Positions 26,553-37,410 of a stretch of 64,000 bases of DNA are shown here, in pieces. The notes below the pieces were generated by a model. It was given only the letters and a program-made list of their open reading frames with translations, had not been told where the DNA came from and ran no database searches. Within the stretch, counting starts at the first letter, position 1; each line of letters opens with the position of its first letter. Both the position numbers and the translations under genes were made by a program. Origin of the DNA: Eledone cirrhosa (Eukaryota); assembly GCA_964016885.1 (NCBI GenBank), contig OZ024757.1, forward strand, positions 32,984,001 to 33,048,000. Direction: 5' to 3'.

Positions 26553-27156
26553 ATGGTGGCTGCCAACTCGTTTTCGAGTACGGCCACTACTTTATATCCA
26601 TGTAGGAGAACCCCTACCGATGCGCTGAATGAGTGTGACTCTTCAGACCAGCCAGCGACTTGAAAACTCTGGTACAAACACTACACTTGTGACAATTATT
26701 GACACATAGTGCTGGGCCCATGGTACCATGTGACGACAAGTGAAGAAAGATCTCCAGATATAAAGCAATGCCTGTGCCGTGAAGCTTTTATAGTGAGCAA
26801 AGGCACTGCACAAAGCCAGTCCCACTCTCTTAACCAAGATGATATTTACCAAAAAGAAGAACAAGTCAGGTCACCAGTTGGTGCTACTGATAACATGTAT
26901 CCCAGTACAACCTGTCCCATGGTCGGGTCGTTGGCGACTAAACTGGCAACCCCACCAAGGTTTCTTGGTGAGGAGGGTGACTTTGGACATCCTGCAGGAC
27001 TAAAAACAAAACCTGTCAAAGGGCAAAGGAGCTCTTAAGAGTCAATGGCCATCCAAAATCACCGGGAGAAATGAGCCCTTAGCCTTTGTCAAGGCAGAAT
27101 TCTAGGAGAAGGAAAACTCTGATATGACACCTGCAATCCTGATGGTATCCAATGAT
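26553..27156 (-). mobile_element. RTE-like short element with inverted 5' segment
   Basis: 26553-26868 collinear with the 59188 copy; 26869-27156 is largely the reverse complement of 59461-59695. Confidence 0.8.
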
Positions 27157-27315
27157 ATATATACATATATGCATATATATATATACATATATGCATACAT
27201 ATATACATATAGGCATATATATATACCTATATGCATATATATATGTATATATATATGCATACATATATATGTATACATATATATATATGTATATATATAT
27301 ATATATGCATACATA

Positions 27316-27392
<77 letters not shown>

Positions 27393-27394
<2 letters not shown>

Positions 27395-27660
27395 TATGGT
27401 CACATGATGCGCATGAAAGACGACAGCTGTATAACAAAGTGCAGGGCAATAAAGATAGACGGTAGCCACGGAGTAGGCAGACCCAGAAAAACCTGGGACG
27501 AGCTGATAAATTCCGACCTCACACACTTACACCTCTCTAAGACAATGTCACTGGACCGAGACCTTTGGTGGTACTCAGTAATAGAAAAGACCCGCCTTAC
27601 CTAAATACAAAGGAAAAACCTACTACAGTCAGTAGGCATCTCTAACAAAACACACCCCCG
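27393..27660 (+). mobile_element. RTE LINE 3' end in (TA)n
   Basis: [43 protein letters not shown]; further copies 28172-28308 (-), 28430-28525, 57698-57850. Confidence 0.85.
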
Positions 27661-27662
27661 TG

Positions 27663-27726
<64 letters not shown>

Positions 27727-28561
27727 TACATATATATATATGCATACATATATATACATACATATATAAACATAAATATATATATATGCATACATATATA
27801 TATATATGCATACATATATATACATACATCATCATCATCATCATCATCAACGTTTAACGTCCGTGTTCCACGCTTGCATGGGTTTGGACGGGGGTAGTCC
27901 CACTTGAGGCAAGAGTGATTGTCTTGCTCGCATAGGACTGTCTGGCAGGTTTTCTACAGTTGGATGCCCTTCCTAACACCAACCACATTTACAGTGTGAG
28001 TCTGGGAGGTTTTTACCGTGTTGCCTACACGGCCACATTACAGCGTGGACTGTGTGTTTTTTTGTTGTGACACCTACACGATCTCATTTGTTTCGGCCTG
28101 GATGGCGCGGCACCAACATAACTTTACATAGAACGGGGTGGTGTGGATGGGGTGGGGGTGGTGGTGGTGGGACGGGGTGTATTTTGTTAGAGATGCCTAC
28201 TGGCTGGAGTAGGTTTTACTATATATTTAGGTAAGGCGGGTCTTCTCTGTTACTGAGTACCGCCAAAGGTCTCGGTCCAGTGACATTGTCTTGGAGAGGT
28301 GTAAGTGTGTGAGTGTATACATATATATATATACATACATTTATATACATACATATATATATATACATACATATATATATACATATATGTACATACATAT
28401 ATATATATATACATATATACATACATACAGAAAAGCTGGGACAACTTGATAAATTCCGACCTCACACACTTACACCTCTCCAAGACAATGTCACTGGACC
28501 GAGATATTTGGCGCTATACTGTAATACATATATATACATATATACATATACATATATATAC

Positions 28562-28593
<32 letters not shown>

Positions 28594-28719
28594 ACATATA
28601 TATATATACATACATATATATATATACATACATATATATATATACATATATATATATATACATATATATATACATATATATATATATACATATATATATA
28701 CATATATATATATATATTC

Positions 28720-28750
<31 letters not shown>

Positions 28751-28839
28751 CATACATATATATATACATACACATATATACATACATATATATATATATA
28801 TATATACATATATATATACATACATGTATATATATACAT

Positions 28840-28870
<31 letters not shown>

Positions 28871-29636
28871 TATATATATACATATACATTTATACACATA
28901 TATACATGTATATATACACATATATATATATACATACATCCATCCATATATATATATGTGTGTGTGGATGTGGATGTGGGTGTACACACACACAAACCAA
29001 AACAATATATGCCAAGTTATTATTTAACAAATGTTTACATTTGTTAAATAGAAAATTCCGAGCCAAGTCAGTTTCTCTTCTTTTTCTGTTTTTTTTTAAA
29101 AATAAATATTTTAAATATTTCTCTATTTTTCTTTTTTGGGGGGTGGGGTGGGGGGTGGGTGTTGTTTTTAAATTTGAAATATATCTGAAAATGAGTTAGG
29201 TTATGAGAGATAAGTAGATTTAAATCTGTTAAAATAAAAAAAATAAAGAAACTCAATAAAAAATAATGTATTAAAATGCAATAATGTAAAAAATGAAAAA
29301 AAAGTTAAACTAAATTAAAATACATAAAATAATGTAAGTAATTAAAAAGAATAAGCGAAGAAGTTTCTGAAAATTATTAAAGAAATATTTTTTTTTTCCA
29401 CTAGATTGTCAGTAAAAACAACAAACTCCTTTATCTCATTTCCGCCTTAGAATTCCTTCTTTCGTTTGTTATATAAGTTAAAAAGAGAGGAGGGTTTGAA
29501 GTAAAACAGTAAAGCGCTGAACTCCACGAAGGCCTTTTTAAAATTTTATTTGGTAGGTGTCTGGAGAAAAAGGGCAGTGACTGTGGATTTTACAGGCTCA
29601 CTGAAACAAGACATATTGGTGTTGTTATTGCCTTGT

Positions 29637-30036
29637 TTAAGCCTTTAGCATTTAAACTGGCCATATCCAACCAGAATTCTCGTACCTCTAACCGGCTGTA
29701 ACCAGCTGCTCATACTGATGTTAAGGTATTGTGCTCAAAATAAATAATATCAAAATCTCATAGATTCCATATTATCTGAGATAATTATGTGAAATAAAGT
29801 GTTTACCGTGAAAATACAATAGGAAATAAAGGGTTAAACTGGCCATATTTGGCCAGAATTTTCTCACCTCTTTCTGTTCAAACCAGCTGTAACCAGCCAC
29901 TCATACCTAAGTTAAGGTATTGTTCTAAAAATAAATAATATCAAAATCTCATAGATTTGATATTATGTGAGGTAAAGCCTTTACTGTGAAAATCTAATAG
30001 TATATATATAGAGACATCTAAATGCTAAAGGGTTAA
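29637..30036. mobile_element. Two overlapping TTAA MITE copies
   Basis: Duplicated MITE body, GGGTTAA termini at ~29837 and ~30036. Confidence 0.75.
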
Positions 30037-30299
30037 TATGTTACAAGTCTGTGTGAATCTGATTTTTAAAATAGATACACTGTATCTCTGTATGTCATAG
30101 GTTATGACTAAAATGATTGGTGCTTGGGAGGGCCCCCAGCTGTAAAACCTTGCCTCAAAACAAACCCCATAAAGAGTTTGAAGCCTGTCATAAGACTGAC
30201 AAGGCTAACCTTTGTTTGAGCAGAAATAATGAACTTAAAACACTTACCAATTATGTCTTTGATCAGTAACTGTATGAGTGAACATCTTAACCACATAGC

Positions 30300-30333
<34 letters not shown>

Positions 30334-30986
30334 AGTGTGTAATTTACATAAACAAAATTCATTTATTCTAAGGATAGGAACATCACATACTTGTACGTTA
30401 TTGGAGGCAACTAAAAGGGTTGGTGTCAAGAAAGGCACCTGGCTGTAAAACCTTGCTTAAAAAGGACCACATAATGAATATGAAGCCTGCCAAGGGGCCC
30501 AGAAGGTGAACACTTTTTTTAGCAGGGCTAATGGCTTTAACCCTTTAGCATCTATATTACTCTTCAGAACAATGCCTTAACATCAGTATGAGTGACCAGT
30601 TTTAGCCAGTTTGAACAGAAAGAGGTGAGAAAATTCTGGCTGGGTAGGCCAGTTTAAATTCTGTTAGTGATTCTGGATTTGAACAGTAACTGATTAGTCT
30701 TTGTAACATCCTAGTTGACATGCCTACCAGAACGTCCTATCAGAGACAACCATCTCCACATGATCCGGCAAGATCCCTAAGTGAGACCCACAAAGTTCAT
30801 GGATGATATCCAACCATCTTGCATCTTGTCCATGGGCTACTTCTGGGTCTCCTGTCAATTGGGTTTGTCCGTACCCTGTTAAATAATTTAATCCAAAAGT
30901 TTTCAATTCTGAGTGTCCTGGTGTTTTCCAGTTGTTTGATTTTTGCAGTGTCTGGTTTACTCCTTATATTATTATGACCTTCCAAG

Positions 30987-31201
30987 GGTGGTGAATTGGC
31001 AGAATCGGTAAAGGGTCGGATGCCATGCTTTGCAGCATAGAGTTACGGCCTTTTATGATCTGAGTTCAAATCCCGCCACGGTTAACTTTGCCTTTCATCC
31101 CTATGGGGTCGATAAAATAAAGTACCAGTCACGCACTGGGGTCGATTTAATCGACTTTCCCCTCCTCCAAAATTCCTGGCCTTGTGCCTATATAAGAAAC
31201 C
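30987..31201 (+). mobile_element. Full-length (TAT)n-tailed tRNA-SINE with 19-bp target-site duplication
   Basis: A-box TGGCAGAATCGG, B-box GAGTTCAAATCC; ATTATTATGACCTTCCAAG at 30968-30986 and 31202-31220 (partly overlapping the tail). Confidence 0.9.
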
Positions 31202-31704
31202 ATTATTATGACCTTCCAAGTTTTTACCAAGTTCTTGATAAAACTATTTGGCAGTTGAAATGACTCATCATTTTTCATACCTCCGCATCCTTTGTGCTTT
31301 AATGAGGATTTCTTGCTATAGGTTTTTAATTTTATTTCAGATATTTCTTTTGTGTTATATTATATTTCTATAGTAAGTGCTACCCTTCGTTTTCTCAATG
31401 ACATTGTGTTAATTTCCATTCTCATAAAAACTATAATCTGAACACATACATGCATGCATTGCATCTACCTTCCTACCTATTCGTCTATCCATTTATCTAA
31501 TTCTCTCTCTATATATATACACATACACACACACATACACACACACTCACACATATATAATATATACATACACACACACTGTACACACACACATATGACA
31601 GCATGGAAAAATGCCCTTCTGCAATTAGTCTGGAATTAGCTGTTGAAACAGCAAGAGCTCAGCTGTCAGGTCCCGACACTTTATAATATATATATATATA
31701 TATA

Positions 31705-31910
31705 TAACAAAGAGGGAGTGGTAAGATACCAGATGGACCATAAAGCACAAGAGTACTCAATACTTGGGGTAGTAGAGTGGGTAATAGGAAAAGAGTCAGG
31801 ACCCCGACGGCTGAGCTCCAGCTGTTTCGACAGCTAGATCCAAACGTATCAGTTTGGATCTAGCTGTCGAAACGGCCGGGGCTCGGACGTCGGGGTCCTG
31901 ACTCTTTTCC

Positions 31911-31913
<3 letters not shown>
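31705..31913. mobile_element. Palindromic Penelope-like terminal fragment (HHR 3' half)
   Basis: ~130-bp palindrome 31784-31913 whose arms read GTC-GAAA-CRGC..GMCG-TC-GGGGTCC; (TA)n flanks; GAGTACTCAATACT tail shared with 33980, 35709, 46040. Confidence 0.65.
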
Positions 31914-31946
<33 letters not shown>

Positions 31947-32371
31947 TGTACATATGTATATTACAGGAAGGTTTGAGAGAGAGAGAGAGAGAAACAAAGG
32001 AAAGAATGAATAAGAAAAAAAGGAAGGAAGAGGATGCCTTACATAAATCCATGAAACCTTAGATTTACATTTTCTTTTCAATCCAATTTGATAATTTTTT
32101 TTCTATATTTAAAACAGAAACCCTGTCTGGGGTTCGGTGCAAATAAAACTTTAAACTGCACCACACTACCCTTCCACACCATAGCAGCCCCATTTAGCAT
32201 GGTCTGACACACACACACACACACACATACAAACATTAACATAGCACCATATACACACAAAATCACACCTATGCACACCACACACACACACACATATATA
32301 TATATACACCCCTGTACACACACTCACACACACACACGCATATATATACACACCCCTGTACAGAGAGAGAG

Positions 32372-32404
<33 letters not shown>

Positions 32405-32476
32405 AAAGCACATTCACAGATACAAACATACATTTTAACGTACACAAATATTCTTACAAAACCACACACACAAACA

Positions 32477-32730
32477 CACACAGAGAAACAGGGTGTAAGT
32501 AGTAAATTGTTGTAGTAAGGGGACAGAAAGGGTTCAGTGTTTAGTGCAATGTCAGCAGAACATTTGCCCTACATTCACTTTTGGTAAGGAAATACTTCAA
32601 GTACTTATAACATAACTTTAGATTTTCAATGTCAGCTCTTCTTGTCACTTTACACATGGTTTCAGATTTTACATCATCACCATAATCCTCCTGCTCCCAC
32701 TCTTTCTCACCCCACCTCCACCTCTTAATT

Positions 32731-32771
<41 letters not shown>

Positions 32772-33116
32772 ATGCTAACATTCCATACTGGCATGGGTTG
32801 GAAGGGTTGTTATAGTTTAAGTCTATTGTTATTCAGGTCTTACTACCTTCCTAGTTGGGCCAGAGGGACCCATGTCTAGTTTAATATGTTCCAATGTTTG
32901 CCATGTTTTCTATGGTTGGATGCCCTTCCTAACACCAACTGCTTTCCAGAGTGTCCTGGGGTTCATTTTATCATTTTATCAAGTACTAGCAGGATTGCCA
33001 TGTCCTCAACAAGACTGAAGATCCCTCTCTATCCTAGGTTGTCTGTTCAATAATCAACCACTTTGCTGAGTGTACTGGGTGCATATTATCATGGCACTAG
33101 AACTAAAGAGGTTGTC
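32477..33116 (+). repeat. Arm A of ~620-bp inverted duplication
   Basis: Reverse complement of 45316-45930 with few substitutions (compare ORFs 32541..32771 and 45660..45866). Confidence 0.92.
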
Positions 33117-33213
33117 CTAACCCTAACCCTAACGAGATTTTCTGATGACCCTGTGAGAACTAGGCAAAACTCAAGAGTGACAAGACTCGGTAATTTAGCC
33201 TTAATAAAACAAA

Positions 33214-33400
33214 TTTATATGAAAAAGTCGGGACCCTGACGGCTGAGCTCTTGCCGCTTCAACAGCTAGTTCCGAACTAGCTGTTGAAATGGCAAGAGCT
33301 CAGCTGTTGGGATCCCGACATTTCATATAAACCATACTTTACTACCTAAGTATCAAGTATTCTGGTGAGTAATGGTCTAATAGGTTTTTAATGTATCCAT
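33214..33400. mobile_element. Palindromic Penelope-like terminal fragment
   Basis: Palindrome 33214-33331 centred on CAGCTAGTTC-C-GAACTAGCTG. Confidence 0.6.
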
Positions 33401-33859
33401 TTTGATATATATATATATAGTAATAATAATAAATGTAAAGACTAAAATCCAAAGAGGGCTCGATAAGGATAAATATATATCAAATATATAAGAACCATAG
33501 AGAAAATATCCCGTTATGGGTGAAAGCAGCGATTCTTTGCTTAAACTTTAATCTGTTATTTTAATATATATATATAGTTACAAGACTCTCCTACACTCGC
33601 GTATATATATGTGTGCGCGTTTATGTGTGTGTGTATATATATATGCATAATTTCTACACTAATATTTCACCCTTTATCGACCAATATAAATATGCAATTT
33701 TTCAAAATTTTTCTAGCGTCTATAATAACGGCCCTTTTCTGTTTTAATGTATCCCTGTTAACTTATATCACTTGTGATTTGAATTTTTCCTCACTGCCGT
33801 TAGCGAGCATATACTATTAAAACTGCTAAGGTATGTCAATATCTTAACACCAAATATTA

Positions 33860-33919
33860 TATTTTATCTGATGAAAGCACACAAAAACTTTGTGTCCTTG
33901 AAATACGTATAATAAAATA
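33860..33919 (+). ncRNA. Type I hammerhead ribozyme, intact core
   Basis: TATTTTAT-CTGATGA-AAG C ACACAAA aac TTTGTGT C CTT-GAAA-TACGTA-TA-ATAAAATA. Confidence 0.82.
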
Positions 33920-33979
33920 ATATGGTATTATAAATGATAGTTTCCATTTATTAATATTGTTAATATATATATATATATA

Positions 33980-34179
33980 TAATGAAGGAGGTGTGGTAAG
34001 GAACCAGATGGACCATAACGCACCAGAGTACTCAATACTTAGGGTAGTAGAGTGGGTAATAGGAAAATGTTAGACCCCGATGGCAGAGCTCAAGCCGTTT
34101 CGACGGCTATTTCTGGAGTCCAGAAATAGCCGTCGAAACGGCTTGAGCTCTGACGTCGGGGTCTAACATTTTCCTATTA
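33980..34179. mobile_element. Palindromic Penelope-like terminal fragment
   Basis: Palindrome 34057-34179 centred on TTCTGGA-G-TCCAGAA; inverted relative of 35709-35907. Confidence 0.65.
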
Positions 34180-35150
34180 TTATATATTTATATACACACA
34201 TATATATATACATATACATATAAATATATATATATATATCACCATCATCATCATTATTATTATTATCATTTCTACATTTACCTTTTCATGCTGGCATGAG
34301 TTGCATGGAATTTTTGAGGCAATGTTTTACAACCAAAAGCCCTACCTGACACCAACACTTTTAGTCATTTCATATGATATGCAAGGATACAGTGTAGCTA
34401 TTCTAAAAACTGTGATACACACTGCAACTATAACCACTTTAAAAATATACAAAAATATACACCAAGAAACAAAGGACAGTTTCAGGCAGTTTGCTATCAA
34501 AAGAGTTAAATTCAGAGATAAGAAATTAAGTTTCTACAATGGTTAGAAATACTTCAAAGTACTAAAAAAAAAAATTAAAGAAAACAAAAGATAAGCATAA
34601 TGTGATAAAATACCATCAGATAATGCTATGGTGCTATATTCATTGATCTACTTCACTGATAATCAACATTGGGGCAACAAAATGTTTTATAGGAATTTCA
34701 GATTTTTTCCATTTTTTTGCAATTCAATTGTTAAATGACATTCAAAACAATTTCTCGAGTCTCCTCCTAAAATATTTCTCATAAAAATATTCTCTGCTCA
34801 GAGAATTCTAACAATAATAATAAAAACAAAAAATACAACAAGAACAACAACAAGAACAACAACAACAAAAAGCGAACCAAGATTTAGGCAAAAGGCCAAC
34901 AAATTTGGGAGAAGGGAAACATTGATTAAATCAACTTTCAGTAGTTGATTGGTACTTTATTTTGTTGACCTCGGAAAGATGAAAGGCAAAGTTGACCTCA
35001 GCAAAATTTGAACTGAGAATGTAAAGAGCCAGAACAAATACAGTAAAGGTATTTTATCAGACACTCTACCAATTCTAAAATTATTTTATTTTATTTCCAC
35101 CATAATTTTATTCAAGAACCTTTGTCAAGTTATAACCCCCAAACATCAAC

Positions 35151-35370
35151 TTAATCCCTTTAGGATTTAAACCAGACAGAATTCCCTCAACTCTTCCTGT
35201 TCAAACTGGCTGTAACTGGCCCCTCATACTGAGGTTAAGGTATTGTTCACAAAATAAATAATATCAAACTCTCATAGATTCGATATTATGTGAGATAATT
35301 ATGTGAGATAAAACCTTTAGCATGAAAATACAAAAGTAAATATAGAGTAATGTAAATGTTAAAGGGTTAA
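35151..35370. mobile_element. piggyBac-type TTAA MITE
   Basis: Same body and GGGTTAA terminus as 433-651. Confidence 0.8.
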
Positions 35371-35708
35371 TGAGAGAGGAAATGGTCGACAAGATTCCAG
35401 ACCTCACTAGCTTACCGAGTTAGGTAAAACTTGCCAAATCTGACTAAGGGAACAATGTTTTCATTGGTCTTTCCATTGCTGATACTATCTACCAGTTATA
35501 GGGCAGAAAGAACAATGTGAAATAAAGTGTCTTGCTCAAGGACATAATGCATTACCCAGTCAGGAAATAGAATTTGCAACCTCAAAATTCTCTAACCACT
35601 AAGCCACGTGGCTTCACCACCAATGCCACTCCATCACTCCATCCACCATAACAATACTGATGATGAAACACACATACAGACACATACACACACAGACACA
35701 CATATATA

Positions 35709-35903
35709 TAGGAAAATGTTCAAGACCCCGACGGCAGAGCTCAAGTTGTTTCGACAGCTATTTCTGGACTGGAAATAAGTCCAGAAATAGCCGTCGAAAT
35801 GGCTTGAGCTCTGCCGTCAGGGTCTTGAACATTTTCCTACTACCCTAAGTATTGAGTACTCTGGTGCGTTATGGTCCATCTGGTTCCTTATCACACTTCC
35901 TTC

Positions 35904-35907
<4 letters not shown>
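35709..35907. mobile_element. Palindromic Penelope-like terminal fragment
   Basis: Palindrome 35709-35839 plus tail, (TA)n flanks. Confidence 0.65.
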
Positions 35908-35967
<60 letters not shown>

Positions 35968-36054
35968 GATACACATATGCATATAAACATTCTCGCATGT
36001 TTTGTAATCTTTTTCTGTGCCACATTTTGTAATATATGGAACCTTTAGCCATTG

Positions 36055-37018
36055 CTGAGGTTAACTTTGCCTTTCATCCTTACGGGGTCGATAAAATAAT
36101 GTACCAGTAATGCACTGGGTCGATTTAAATGACTTTCCCCTGCCCCCAAATTTTGGCCTTATGCCTAAATCAGAAATTATTATTATTATTATTGGTGTTG
36201 GATTGGTAGCATTGGTAGAGCATTGAACAACATGCTTCACAGCATTTAGTTACGTCCCTTTATGTTCTGAGTTCAAATTCGGCTGAGGTAATTTTGCCTT
36301 TTATCCTTACAGGGTCAATAAAATAAAGTACCAGTAACGCACTAGGATCAATTTAATCAACTTTGCCCTCCTCCAAAATTGTTGGCCTCAGACTTAAATC
36401 AGAAACCATTATTAGTGTTGGATTGGCAGTATCGGTAGAGCGCCGGACAACCTGCTTTGCAGCATAGAGTTACAGCCCTTTATATTCTGAGTTCAAATCC
36501 AGCGAAGGTTAGCTTTGCCTTTTATCCTTACGGGGTTGATAAAATAAAGTAGCAGTCACGAATTGGAGTCAATTTAATCGACTTTCCCCTACCCCAAAAT
36601 TGCTGGCCTGTGCCTAAAGTATCGGTAGAGTGTCGGACATCATGCTTTGCAGCATTGAGTTACGGTCCTTTACATTCTGAGTTCAAATCCCGCCGAGGTT
36701 AGCTTTGTCATTTATCCTTACAGGGTTGATAAAATAAAGTACCAGTAATACACTAGGGTCGATTTAATCGACTTTCCTCTCCCCCTTCAAATTTCTGGCC
36801 TTGTGCCTAAGTAGAAGCAATTATTATTATTGGCAGTATCGGTAGAGGGTTGAACGCCATGCTTTGCAGCATAGAGCTACGGCCCTTTATGGTCTGAGTT
36901 CAAATCCCGCCGAGGATTATTTCGCCTTTCATCTTTACGGGGTCGATAAAATAAAGTACCAGTAATACACTGGTATAATTGCTGACCTTGTGCCAAAAGT
37001 AGAAACAATTATTATTAT
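36055..37018 (+). mobile_element. Tandem array of ~5 (TAT)n-tailed tRNA-SINEs
   Basis: Repeated A-box TTGGCAGTATCGGTAGAG, B-box GAGTTCAAATCC and central GCCTTTCATCCTTACGGGGTCGATAAAATAAAGTACCAG at ~200-bp period. Confidence 0.9.
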
Positions 37019-37110
37019 CACTATTATGTCAATTATTATAGCTCTTTTTCTATTTTTCTTCTTTGCTTCTTTGTGTTAACAGTTTGAAGGAGGAGAACGG
37101 AGAACGTATC

Positions 37111-37150
<40 letters not shown>

Positions 37151-37410
37151 TTTCTTTATTAACCACAAGGGTTTACATAAAGTAGACATTAAGGACAGTG
37201 CAGGACAATGCAGGACGGTACAAATGGGCATTTCTGCGTGTAAAAAAACAAAAACAGAGGATGTAACAAAAATAACAATGAAAATAACAATGAAAAATTC
37301 CCCAATAGGGGGGAGACTTCGGAGGGACATTTGTGGAGAAAGCCCAGTAAAAAGCCACAATGACCCTGACCACCAAGGCAAGTGCCCTCTCCCAGTTTTC
37401 CACCTTTAGT

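Noticed and set aside
26869-26950. HDV-like ribozyme at the RTE 5' end
   Set aside because: P4 and CTAA-like elements are present, but no P1 partner and the L3 loop is too short in my parse.
30987-31080. tRNA genes
   Set aside because: A/B boxes belong to SINE heads; no cloverleaf, and they continue into SINE bodies and tails.
32541-32771. Duplicated small gene (with 45660..45866)
   Set aside because: Starts in an (ATG)n microsatellite, no recognisable domain; similarity is explained by the DNA duplication.
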